Of a stretch of DNA of 64,000 bases, positions 42,657 to 55,599 are shown piece by piece (within the stretch, counting starts at the first letter, position 1; the number at the start of each line of letters is the position of its first letter). Below the pieces are notes generated by a model that was not told the origin of the DNA, ran no database searches, and saw only the letters and a list, made by a program, of their open reading frames with translations. Source of the DNA: Eledone cirrhosa (taxonomy: Eukaryota); contig OZ024753.1 of NCBI GenBank assembly GCA_964016885.1, forward strand, positions 8,494,001 to 8,558,000. Reading direction: 5' to 3'. Both the position numbers and the translations under genes were made by a program.

Positions 42657-43036
42657 CGTACGTTGAAATCTTTCTGAAGAAATGCAATATTTAATGTATT
42701 GCTAGTGAATGGCCATAATAATATTATTATTATGCAACCAGCACTATGTAGACTTATGTAGACTTATATTGTATTGAAACATATGTTAAAGAATGAACTT
42801 TTGATAACATTTTTCATTTTTTTCTATACTTCATGCCTAGTGTTTGTTCTTCCTATACATTTAAAAATATTGTTTATCCTATACATTTAAAATATTGTTT
42901 ATCCTATACATTTAAAATATATAGGGAAAAGAAATTGAAAATACAACTGGACTCTATTAAGAATATCTATTTATTTACTTTAAAGTAAATAAATAAAGAT
43001 TCTTAAAAGACTCCAGTTACATTTTAGATTTCTTTT

Positions 43037-43095
<59 letters not shown>

Positions 43096-43293
43096 AACAA
43101 GTAGGACCCCGACGGCTGAGCTCAAGCCGTTTCGACGGCTAATTCTGGACTAATTTAGTCCAGAATTAGCCGTCAAAACGGCTTGAGCTCAGCCGTCGGG
43201 GTCCTACTCGTTCCTATTACCCACTCTACTACCCTAAGTATTGAGTACTTTGGTGCGTTATGGTCCACATGGTTCCTTACCACATTTCCTCCG

Positions 43294-43362
<69 letters not shown>

Positions 43363-43609
43363 CGTGTGTGTGTGTGTGTATACTTTCACCCGTGTCAGTC
43401 ATCTTGTTTTTTTTTCTTTTGTTTATTTTTAATAAAAAATATCATTTTTTTATGTATGTGTATATATATATATATATATATGCACACACACACACATGTA
43501 TATCCATACATATATGCACACACACATGTATATACATACATACATATACACACATACACACACACATGTATTCATTCACATATATACACACACATACATA
43601 TACATATAT

Positions 43610-44218
43610 ATATACACACAGATGCACGCATACATATACATATATATACACACAGATGCACGCATACATATACATATATATACACACAGATGCACGCATA
43701 CATATACATATATATATACGCAGATGCACGCATACATATACATATATATACACACAGATGCACGCATACATATACATATATATACACACAGATGCATGCA
43801 TACATATACATATATATATACGCAGATGCATGCATACATATACATATATATACACACAGATGCACGCATACATATACATATATATACACACAGATGCACG
43901 CATACATATACATATATATATATACGCAGATGCACGCATACATATACATATATATACACACAGATGCACGCATACATATACATATATATACACACAGATG
44001 CACGCATACATATACATATATATATATACGCAGATGCACGCATACATATACATATATATACACACAGATGCACGCATACATATACATATATATACACACA
44101 GATGCACGCATACATATACATATATATACACACAGGTGCATGCATACATATACATATATATACACACAGATGCACGCATACTTATACATATATATACACA
44201 CAGATGCACGCATACATA
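43610..44218. repeat. ~36-bp minisatellite
   Basis: Unit cagatgcacgcatacatatacatatatatacaca. Confidence 0.95.
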
Positions 44219-44265
44219 TGTCATCAACATTTAACATGTATTTTCCATGGTTTATCTCTGTCTCA

Positions 44266-45315
44266 CTGATATCCATGTTTATGCCTCCATGTTAGCACAT
44301 GTAGAATTCTGAATGTAGCTCTTTTTTTTATGTGTTTTATGTAACAGCTCCACTGTCCAGTGATATCCATGTTTATGCCTCCATGTTAGCACATGTAGAA
44401 TTCTGAATGTAGCTCTTTTTTTTATGTGTTTTATGTAACACAGCTCCACTGTCCAGTGATATCCATGTTTATGCCTCCATGTTAGCACATGTAGAATTCT
44501 GAATGTAGCTCTTTTTTTATGTGTTTTATTTAACACAGCTCCATTGTCCAGTGATATCCATGTTTATGCCTCCATGTTAGCACATGTAGAATTCTGAATG
44601 TAGCTCTTTTTTTATGTGTTTTATGTAACACAGCTCCACTGTCCAGTGATATCCATGTTTATGCCTCCATGTTAGCACATGTAGAATTCTGAATGTAGCT
44701 CTTTTTTTTATGTGTTTTATGTAACACAGCTCCACTGTCCAGTGATATCCATGTTTATGCCTCCATGTTAGCACATGTAGAATTCTGAATGTAGCTCTTT
44801 TTTTTATGTGTTTTATGTAACACAGCTCCACTGTCCAGTGATATCCATGTTTATGCCTCCATGTTAGCACATGTAGAATTCTGAATGTAGCTCTTTTTTT
44901 TATGTGTTTTATGTAACACAGCTCCACTGTCCAGTGATATCCATGTTTATGCCTCCATGTTAGCACATGTAGAATTCTGAATGTAGCTCTTTTTTTTATG
45001 TGTTTTATGTAACACAGCTCCACTGTCCAGTGATATCCATGTTTATGCCTCCATGTTAGCACATGTAGAATTCTGAATGTAGCTCTTTTTTTTATGTGTT
45101 TTATGTAACACAGCACCACTGTCCAGTGATATCCATGTTTATGCCTCCATGTTAGCACATGTAGAATTCTGAATGTAGCTCTTTTTTTTATGTGTTTTAT
45201 GTAACACAGCTCCACTGTCCAGTGATATCCATGTTTATGCCTCCATGTTAGCACATGTAGAATTCTGAATGTAGCTCTTTTTTTTATGTGTTTTATGTAA
45301 CACAGCACCACTGTC
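44266..45315. repeat. 96-bp tandem repeat (~11 near-identical copies)
   Basis: Unit tgatatccatgtttatgcctccatgttagcacatgtagaattctgaatgtagctc(t)n..cagctccactgtccag. Confidence 0.95.
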
Positions 45316-45440
45316 TTTATTTTGACACATTTATTGACAGTGTTGACAGTGTACTGCTTGAATATGTCTCAGCAGGGAGAGTTACACATTGCTTAAAACC
45401 ACAGAGTCTGTAAGAAGTAGGCTTCTTTCGTGTGTGTTTC

Positions 45441-45472
<32 letters not shown>

Positions 45473-46075
45473 TGTGTTTCTGTGTGTTAGTGTGTGTGTG
45501 TGAGAGAGAGAGTGTATGTTAATGTGTGTGTGTTTGTGTGTTTGTGTGTGTGTGAGAGAGAGTCTGTTTGTGTGTGTGTGAGAGAGAGAGTGTATGTTAG
45601 TGTGTGTGTGTTTGTGTGTGTGAGAGAGGTGTGTTTGTGTGTGACTGTGTTTGTGTGTGTGTGTGAGAGAGAGAGTGTATGTTAGTGTGTGTTTGTGTGT
45701 GTGTGTTAGAGAGGTGTGTTTGTGTGTGTGTGTGAGAGAGAGTGTGTTTGTGTGTGTGTGAGAGTTTGTGTGGGTGTTTGTGTGTGTGTGAGAGACAGTG
45801 TGTTTATGTGTGTGTGAGAGAGAATGTGTGTGTCTTCTCCTGTCACCCTCACAAATATGTCCAGCTAAGTGACATCTATCTTCTCTTTTGGTAAAAAACA
45901 AGAGATATTGCAAATGTTTGCCTAATTGATGGATCCCATATATGTATTTGATACTACTGTCATGATACTTCAAAACAATATCTCATTTGCTATGCTCTCC
46001 ATCTTTAATAATTGCTACTTCATTACACTTATGAATATTTAATCAACCGGCATGTTGCTGGATGATCTTTTTTAA

Positions 46076-46842
46076 GCACAAATCACAACTTGAAAACCTT
46101 TAGTTTGTAGTGAAATAGATTCTGAAACAAACTGAAAACTTCTGATATAAGAATTTATTCAGCACAAATCACAACTTGAAAACCTTTAGTTTGTAGTGAA
46201 ATAGATTCTGAAACAAACTGAAAACTTCTGATATAAGAATTTATTCGGCACAAATCACAACTTGAAAACCTTTAGTTTGTAGTGAAATAGATTCTGAAAC
46301 AAACTGAAAACTTCTGATATAAGAATTTATTCAGCACAAATCACAACTTGAAAACCTTTAGTTTGTAGTGAAATAGATTCTGAAACAAACTGAAAACTTC
46401 TGATATAAGAATTTATTCGGCACAAATCACAACTTGAAAAACTTTAGTTTGTAGTGAAATAGATTCTGAAACAATCTGAAAATTTCTGATATAAGAATTT
46501 ATTCAGCACAAATCACAACTTGAAAACCTTTAGTTTGTAGTGAAATAGATTCTGAAACAAACTGAAAACTTCTGATATAAGAATTTATTCAGCACAAATC
46601 ACAACTTGAAAACCTTTAGTTTGTAGTGAAATAGATTCTGAAACAAACTGAAAACTTCTGATATAAGAATTTATTCGGCACAAATCACAACTTGAAAACC
46701 TTTAGTTTGTAGTGAAATAGATTCTGAAACAAACTGAAAATTTCTGATATAAGAATTTATTCAGCACAAATCACAACTTGAAAACCTTTAGTTTGTAGTG
46801 AAATAGATTCTGAAACAAACTGAAAACTTCTGCTATAAGAAT
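46076..46842. repeat. 86-bp tandem repeat (~9 copies)
   Basis: gcacaaatcacaacttgaaaacctttag recurs at 46076, 46162 and onward. Confidence 0.95.
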
Positions 46843-47169
46843 TGTTTTCATAAATATTTAAAAGAACTTCTAATCTTGTGATGAAAAGGAGGCGGAAAAG
46901 GCTAGGATTGATAAGCAATGAATGAAAAGGGGAGGGTGACAGACTCTGCACCTAAGTCAGGGTGTTGTTTTGGCTGAGCTTTGTAGACAAAATAACAAAA
47001 GCATTGCCATGGAAAATGGCCAGCAACACCCACTGCATCAGCAAACCCACCTCGTGGGGCTCCTTCCTCAAACAGTTTGGTGTCATTTTGATTTTACAAG
47101 TGAATGTTTGTTGTGACATTGTGCTTCTTTTTAAATACCTCCTAGAAAAAATATTTGTAAAAGTTGTCA

Positions 47170-47480
47170 GTTTTTATTTGATGAAGATTAAAGAAAGAAA
47201 ACTAATTCTGTGATAATTGTGTCCTTGCACTTTAAAAGTTGGCATATATCCACTTTCCCTGATAACCTTTCTTCTTAATGATATCATTTGAAACATAGTA
47301 TTGTATGCTTGAATGTTTTTCAGAAAGTGTTTTAATTCTAAAGTGGTGTATAAGAAAAACTCATTATAAGCTATGTTCATTCAATTACAGGCATATGGAT
47401 TTCACCATTAAAATAACATATGCCTAATGAAGTTTAGTCCTACATTATGGCACTACTTTTGTCATATATTTGGCACAAAA
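47170..47480 (-). pseudogene. Decayed Helitron Rep/helicase N-terminal coding fragment
   Basis: HFLKNIQAYNTMFQMISL..ESGYMPTFKVQGHNYHRI matches the Helitron motif FLxNIRxYNxxFQMTS..PTFKVQGQVYHRIGSL; upstream GICYFNGEIHMP resembles GxCCxNGKVxLP. Confidence 0.75.
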
Positions 47481-48143
47481 GAGCCTAAGGATACAAATTT
47501 TTTTCAGACATATAATCATGTGAGGGATCACAATTAAATGTCATGGCAGTACATAGGTATTTTGAAGATTTTTCTCAGCAAGACATTCTTATTAAAAATA
47601 ACTCTGCTGCAGGAAACATGTTATTGCCATCTATCACTCTATCACTCTCTCTCTTTACATTGCTTATATCTATCATTATCCATCACAAGGTTAGCTGTCA
47701 TTGTCTCTCTTTCATTACTGCCATTATGGTCTTTCTCTCTCTCTCTCTCTCACTTCCATTACCCCCCGCCCCCACACACACAGCACTATCTCTATTTTCT
47801 ATATATATATATTTCTACTATATGTCTTCCATCATATACACTATCTCTCTTCTTCTATTACTCTCCCCTCTGACATACACTCACCCTGCTTCTCTTACTA
47901 CTGTTCACCCTCTTGGCCATGTTGTCTTGATTGAACAAAAACAACATTGAGCAGTGACTACTCTTTAGTCTTGTGAGATTCAAAACAACTTCAATCACAT
48001 TGCTACCATGATAAAAATGCTTCCAGTATAATTTATAAATTGGTTGAGAAGTTAGTGATGATAATGTAGGAATAGCCGGATGGATTAGTTCATCTAACTC
48101 ATATCACCATTCCACCATTGAAAAGAAGACAGAGAAACAGCAA

Positions 48144-48210
<67 letters not shown>

Positions 48211-49034
48211 AACAAGTAAGACCCCGACGGCTGAGCTCAAGCCGTTTCAACGGCTAATTCTGTACAGAATGAGTACAGAATTAGCCATCGAAACGGCTTG
48301 AGCTCAGCCGTCGGGGTCTTAATTGTTCCTATTACCCACTCTACTACCCTAAGTATTGAGTACTTTGGTGCGTTATGGTCCACCTGGTTCCTTACCACAT
48401 TTCCTTCGTTATATATATATATATATATAATACAGGAAAAGAGTCAGGGACTCCGACAGCTGAGCTCCAGCCGTTTCGACAGCTAGTTCTGTTAGTATAT
48501 CATCATCATCATCATCACCGTTTTACGTCCGTTCTTCCATGCTAGCATGGGTTAGACGGGTTGTCCTATTGTGGGCAGTGTCTGGTCGGCTGACCATGCC
48601 TTGCTCATAGAGGAACTGATTTGGCTTGATTTCTACAGCTGGATGCCCTTCCTAACACCAACCTCATTTACAGTGAGTGCTGGGTGCTTTTTCGTGGCGC
48701 CTACACGATATATTAACAAATGGAAACTATATTTATAAAACCATATTTATTTCATTATACATATTTCAAGGACACCAAGTAAAATTATGGTGCGCTTTCA
48801 TCAGATAAAATATAATATAGATCAGTTTTATAAATAAATATTGACATACCCTTAAAGAATGCGACCATTTCTGTTGGAAGCTCACGGATAGTGTATAATG
48901 AAATAAATATGGTTTTATAAATATAGTTTCCATTTGTTAATATATCGTATTTTTACTCCAATAATTTGTTGAGTGCTTTATATCAGTTATAAAAATATTT
49001 GCTTGTTGTATCCCAACAAATTAAATATAACTTC

Positions 49035-49066
<32 letters not shown>

Positions 49067-49383
49067 CAATGAAATTAAACACAAAACTGTTAATTCATAG
49101 TAAATGAGTTTTTTAATATATTTTTAAATGTATAGGATAAACAATATTTTTAAGTGTATAGGATAAACAATATTTTTAAATGTATAGGAAGAACAAACAC
49201 TAGGCATGAAGTATAGAAAAAAATGAAAAATGTTATCAAAAGTTCATTCTTTAACATATGTTTCAATACAATATAAGTCTACATAAGTCTACATAGTGCT
49301 GGTTGCATAATAATAATATTATTATAGCCATTCACTAGCAATACATTAAATATTGCATTTCTTCAGAAAGATTTCAACGTACG

Positions 49384-49429
<46 letters not shown>

Positions 49430-50602
49430 AAATAAAGGATTATGCATTCATACAATTGACTTATGTTTCGACCCATGCAAGCGTGGAAGATGGGCGTTAA
49501 ACGATGATGATGATGATGATGATATATATGTGTGTGTGTGTATCTATATATTTATATATGTGTGTGTCTATATATTTATATATGTGTGTGTCTATATATT
49601 TATATATGTGTGTGTATATATATATATATATATATGTGTAGAAGTTATATTTAATTTGTTGGGATACAACAAGCAAATATTTTTATAACTGATATAAAGC
49701 ACTCAACAAATTATTGGAGTAAAAATACGATATATTAACAAATGGAAACTATATTTATAAAACCATATTTATTTCATTATACATATTTCAAGGACACCAA
49801 AGCAAATTATGGTGCGCTTTCATCAGATAAAATATAATATAGATCAGTTTTATAAATAAATATTGACATACCCTTAAAGAATGCGACCATTTCTGTTGGA
49901 AGCTCACGGATAGTGTATAATGAAATAAATATGGTTTTATAAATATAGTTTCCATTTGTTAATATATCGTATTTTTACTCCAATAATTTGTTGAGTGCTT
50001 TATATCAGTTATAAAAATATTTGCTTGTTGTATCCCAACAAATTAAATATAACTTCTACATATATATATATATATATATATATTAAAACAATGAAATTAA
50101 ACACAAAACTGTTAATTCATAGTAAATGAGTTTTACTATGAATTAAAAGTTTTGTGTTTAATTTCATTGTTTCAATATTTCTACTTTGACTCTGTATCCA
50201 ATTGATTTATGTCATTGATAAAATTTTTGTACTTTAAACTTTGCTTCACGACATCTTCTACATACGGATTACATTGAGTTCTTTATATGATTTAGACCCT
50301 ACCATTGAGTGGTAGATTTATCTGTATATATATATATATATAGTATAGAGCTATTTAATTACATAATAAACAACACAATCTAATTATTCCATTACCAAAG
50401 GTTTCAGGAAACTAGACGATCCTAACAGAAACGTTTCCTGAAACCTTTGGTAATGGTTTACTCATATTCACAGACACAGAAACATACTTGTATGGACATA
50501 TGGGTGTGTGTGTATATATATATATATATAAAACAAATAGCCTTATTACTCTATATGGCTGAATACAAGAAACGAATATTAATAATAATATTCTTTATGA
50601 TA

Positions 50603-50796
50603 TTAATAATTGTTTCTACTTTTGGCACAAGGCCAACAATTACCCAGTGCATTACTGGTACTTTATTTTATCTACCCCGTAAGGATGAAAGGCAAAGTCA
50701 ACCTCGGCGGGATTTGAACTCAGATTGTAAAGGGACGTAACTATACTGGAAAGCATGGCGTCCGACCCTCTACCGATACTGCCAATCCACCGCCCT
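50603..50796 (-). mobile_element. tRNA-derived SINE (family B); copies 1825-2017, 7470-7663, 7664-7865, 8447-8637, 8642-8831, 22238-22430, 36420-36610 (all -) and 4318-4500 (+)
   Basis: Head ggcggtggattggcag..gagttcaaatcc, body gactttgcctttcatccttacgggg..ataaaataaagtaccag, end ccttgtgccaaaagtagaaacaattatt. Confidence 0.85.
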
Positions 50797-50942
50797 GGTG
50801 ATATTAATAATATCATTCCTTATGATTTCCTTCGAAGGAAACGGTTCTAGTCCTGTAGAAGTCATTTCTATATAAAATATTTATGCTCTGTTATGTATTG
50901 AGTCACTTACTTACTGTGATTACACCCAATTGAACCTGGGAT

Positions 50943-51000
<58 letters not shown>

Positions 51001-51002
<2 letters not shown>

Positions 51003-51133
51003 AAAACCACAAACCCTCCATCTCAATTCTACTTTTGAAAAGCAGAAGAGCTGCGAAACCAGTAAAGTAACCAAATAAATATATATTTTTAAAAAAAAGA
51101 CTCCAGTTGCATTTTCGATTTCATCTTTTTTTC

Positions 51134-51137
<4 letters not shown>
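51001..51137 (+). mobile_element. (TA)n-inserted family with a decayed hammerhead; relatives at 61525-61690, 42920-43040 (palindrome) and 12580-12758
   Basis: tactt-ttgaaaa-GCAG-aagag-CTGC-GAAA-CCAG-TA-aagta; the 61612 copy has GAAACCGGTA; shared 3' end gactccagttgcattttcgatttcatc. Confidence 0.6.
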
Positions 51138-51172
<35 letters not shown>

Positions 51173-51495
51173 TATCAATGCTCTGAAATAGCGATGTATG
51201 TATGAATGTATGTACAGTATATTTGATAATATACTGTATGTATATTTAAAAACATTTTCAAGACCATTCGCTATGAATTTTCAAGTAGTGACTATGTCAC
51301 TTACTTAGTCTTGATATATATATATATATTTGTCAGTGTTGAACAAAAGAGCAACGATGGTTGCTAAACACTGTACGGCTTAATCCGGGATGTTTGTTTA
51401 CAAACACACCGAGCGTTATAATAAATATTCGGTAAATCCATACGTACATATCATCATCACCGTTTTACGTCCGTTCTTCCATATATATATGTGTT

Positions 51496-51533
<38 letters not shown>

Positions 51534-51690
51534 CATACTACTGTACGTCTGTATACATATATGTATGTACGTATACATACTTATGTTTAAGTAACAGCCG
51601 TACTAAGAGTGAGAAATGAAATTTCGTTTCATTTTTTCCGTTTATATATATATATATATATAGTTATATAATAAACAACATAAGGCAATT

Positions 51691-51750
51691 ATTCCATTTA
51701 CCAGTGGTTTCTTAAAAGCAAAAAATGTTGCTTTCAATCATCAGAATGAA
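51691..51750 (-). ncRNA. Second, inverted copy of the same hammerhead
   Basis: Reverse complement reads ttcatt-CTGATGA-ttgaaagca..tgcttttaa-GAAA-cc-act-gg-TA-aatgga. Confidence 0.75.
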
Positions 51751-51764
51751 AAAATCCAGGAGTT

Positions 51765-51824
51765 TTCCATTCTGATGATTGAAAGCAAAATTTTCTGCTT
51801 TTAAGAAACCACTGGTAAATGGAA
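51765..51824 (+). ncRNA. Type I hammerhead ribozyme (complete)
   Basis: Stem I TTCCATT/AATGGAA (7 bp), CTGATGA at 51772, stem II TTGAAAGCA/TGCTTTTAA, GAAA at 51805, stem III ACC-act-GGT, cleavage triplet GTA (cut after 51817). Confidence 0.85.
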
Positions 51825-53377
51825 TAATTACTGTATGTTGTTTATTATATAACTATTAAGCTCTGTTACCTACATAGAGCACTCTTTTTTCCTGGACTTT
51901 TCTGATGGAATTACTTCATTCATACATATATATATATATACATATATATATTTATATGCAAGTGTGTTTAGAAAATAGTGACCAGTTTGAAACTGAATTT
52001 GCTGTAATTTAATAATTCACAATTTTGTGTCTTATAATTATTTTAACATTTCATTATCATGCTAAAAAGAATTATATTGTCCTATATGATCACCTTTTTA
52101 CCTGAATAACCTTTACCACAGATCCTTTTAAACTTTCAGTTCCTCTCAATATATATCAGTTATCTTATTTATGAATTTCATGTTACTTTCCAACTATATC
52201 TCTTGTGTTTATTAAGAATAGTATAAGATATAATCTTCCTTTGCCGTCTATCTTAAATCAAATAGGTGAATTGCACCTACATTTAACCCCACCTACCTTA
52301 CTTTACATAAATATACCTTTACATCACTAAGACGTTTTTTGTTTTTTTCCTTTCAAAACAGTTTATAGTAATTTATTGGTTCATTGCATGTGTAACCACA
52401 TTTCTGATATATTTCTTTCACACATCAAGTAGAAGTCAAGTAAATGTTGTTGTTTTTTTCATAAAGAATATGTTTCTATCTGTGAACTTTGGCTTTCTAA
52501 AAATGACTGTTATTTATCTTCTTCTTGAGACATATCAACTATTGGTTACACATCTATGTTATTCAACTATTGTGCATTCCTATCAACTGTTATATATTTC
52601 AGACTTAACCAACTAGCTCAATCACTGCACAATTATGTATTTTCAAAACTTCTACTCTGTCTCACTATTTTCCTCTTTCCAGTATGTTTTTTTCTCCATC
52701 TACTATCTAAACCTCTAAATATTGTGTATATATCCAACATTCTATAAAATGTATTTTGCTTTTATTTCTGAAGCATTCATAAGTATTTAAAACTAGTAGA
52801 CAGTATCAGCAATAGAAAAACCAATGTAAAGACAGTTTCCTTGGTCTGATCTAATGATCGGCTCCCAAACTCTAGCTTAAAAATAAGAGAGTTAGTTATA
52901 TTACTAAAGCTTGATCATCTTTTGAAAAAGTTTGGCAGTGTATTTCATTAGTAATATTGTAGTAAAAGTAGTAAAATTGTAGTAATATTGTAGTAAAATT
53001 GTAGTAATATTGTAGTAAAAAGTTTAAATGTTCCACTTTTGTGTTGGCATTACAAGACCCATTCAAAAGTCAAGTGTTGATATTTCTACAAAATCAGCTT
53101 TCTTCATATATGATTGTAGGTATGTACAATATAATGATTGTCATATCTGAGGTGCAACTATAACTCAACTTAACCTGTTGACTGCCATGTATATTTTACA
53201 CAGCTACAGTTGGTGTGCCTTTTTTTTTTCTTTCAGTAAAATGATTATTCTTTTAAACAAACATTTATTAACAACACATATTTGAATGATTGATAAATGT
53301 CACATCAATAAACTAGTAACCCCATCTAGCTTTGAAGTTATGAACTGTTGGAAATGAGTTGATAACTTTGAAGTTAT

Positions 53378-53790
53378 AATAATAATGAAATTATTGTGTA
53401 CAGTGCTCAGGTGCACTACAACTCATCAAAGGTGCATGTGTAGTACATAGAATAATGTACAAATGTCAAGAAAGTGAACAGTATATGGGTCATGATATAC
53501 ATATGTGTGTGTGTGTGTGTGTGTGTGGAGGGGGATATCAGGTGTAGTGTTGGCGAATCTCAGGAAGTATGAAGGTTTTAAAGGATGCAGTGTCTCAACA
53601 GCTAACAACTGATGCAGGTAGTTTGTTCCATGCTTCAGCAACGCTGAGCGAGAAAAAATGTTTCCGAAAGTTGTGGGAGCTGCGCTGTTTTCTGACTTTG
53701 TGGGCATACCCACGGGTGTTAGACACATGGAATTCTAAAAGGTGCTCAGGGTTGTTGTTGGCAAGATGGTAATAAATGTTGTGGGTGTTC
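53378..53790 (-). mobile_element. 5'-truncated CR1-clade LINE (ORF2 end plus 3' UTR)
   Basis: NTRGYAHKVRKQRSSHNFRKHFFSLSVAEAWNKLPASVVS fits the CR1 motif TRGH..RxxFFSxRVVxxWNxLP; ends in an (ATT)n tail. Confidence 0.85.
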
Positions 53791-54427
53791 AAACATGTTA
53801 GGATGAGTTATTTCATCCATAACAGTGGAATGCATTCATATTAGGACGAGTTATTTTGTCTACAGCACTGAAGAGTTCAAAGCTGTGTCTATTAACTCAT
53901 ATATAAGTTGCAGAAGATTTAGTAACTTGAATATAAATCGAGGAATATGTGACCAAAGAACCAATGATAATATTGATAGGGAGGACTGGTTTATAATTGA
54001 GATTTGGATTTTTGTCCATTTCTCAGACATAAAATAGGGGAGTTACCTTATATTCAAGTATATTTTGTAAATGATCTTATTATTAATTTTCTTATAGTGT
54101 TCGTACAAGATGGTGTTAAGTTTGAGGGTGAATTCTCAGAAATTACTTATGATAATATTTGGGACTGTATTTAAGTGCACTGCTCTCCAGAAACACGTTA
54201 CAGTAAAACACACATAATATATTTTAAGTGCACCCGTATAATATATTTTAAGGGATTGTATTTTAACTGCACTGCTCTCCAGTTTAACCCGTATAATATA
54301 TTTTAATATATTCAAGTTTCAAGCTGTTTTAGGGTGACACTCTGTCTATATAATATAAATCTCTAATCATGTTGGTTGACTGCTGACTCAGAATACATTT
54401 GTTTTTCTTTATCTTTGTGGGAAAATG

Positions 54428-54494
<67 letters not shown>

Positions 54495-54495
<1 letters not shown>

Positions 54496-55170
54496 GTTAT
54501 ACATAGATATCTATCAATATATATATATACACACATAGAGAGAGAGATCTATATATGTATATATATTGATAGATAGATAGATGTATAACACAAACATACA
54601 CACATATATATATATATGTTATATATCTATCAAAATCATATATATTTTTATATATATATATATACATACATAGAGAGAGAGAGAGATTTATATATGTATA
54701 TATATTGATAGATAGATAGATAGATGTATAACACAAACATACACACATATATATATATATGTTATATATCTATCAAAATCATATATATTTTTATATATAT
54801 ATATATATATATACATACATAGAGAGAGAGAGAGATTTATATATGTATATATATTAATAGATAGATAGATAGATGTATAACACAAACATACACACATATA
54901 TATATATATGTTATATATCTATCAAAATCATATATATTTTTATATATATATATATATACATACATAGAGAGAGAGAGAGATTTATATATGTATATATATT
55001 GATAGATAGATAGATAGATGTATAACACAAACATACACACATATATATATATATGTTATATATCTATCAAAATCATATATATTTTTATATATATATATAT
55101 ATACATACATAGAGAGAGATTTATATATGTATATATATTAATAGATAGACAGATAGATGTATAACACACA
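54495..55170. repeat. ~145-bp higher-order repeat of compound microsatellites (~4.5 copies)
   Basis: gatagatagatgtataacacaaacatacacac..tctatcaaaatcatatatattttt recurs. Confidence 0.9.
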
Positions 55171-55561
55171 CACATACACACACACACTATATAAACTTTT
55201 AATATAGGTAATTATTTTAATACAAATTACGTAGAAACCAAAAACCAATTGTAAATTGCATGACAGGAGTCTATTATACAAAATTGAATCTGAATTTGGA
55301 GCATTTCTAGGAGAAATGATCTTTGAAATTTCATACTTCATTGAATTTAAAGAAGAAAAAAAAATCATTTGACTGACTTAAATAGCCATTGTGACTCTAA
55401 ATCAAATCGAAAGCTAGATATATAATTTCATGAAATTACTCAAGTTAACTTGAATACGCATTTGTATATAAGTATATATATATATAAGTATATATATATA
55501 AGTATATATATACATAAGTATATATATATATAAGTATATATATACATAAGTATATATATAA

Positions 55562-55599
<38 letters not shown>

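Larger units (their letters stand above)
51662..51922 (+). mobile_element. Hammerhead-bearing fold-back element in (TA)n; shorter copy at ~12393-12540
   Basis: Inverted arms 51662-51750 and 51765-51855; shared 3' body ..ctggacttttc(t/c)gatggaattacttcattc followed by (CA/TA)n. Confidence 0.75.

Noticed and set aside
44266-46842. Regular repeats that might suggest CRISPR arrays or a 32-aa repeat protein
   Set aside because: Units are identical head-to-tail with no unique spacers, no cas genes are present, the context is eukaryotic, and poly-T slippage breaks the frame.
53426-53772. Overlapping ORFs of 67-100 aa
   Set aside because: Alternative frames of a CR1 LINE remnant, not host genes.
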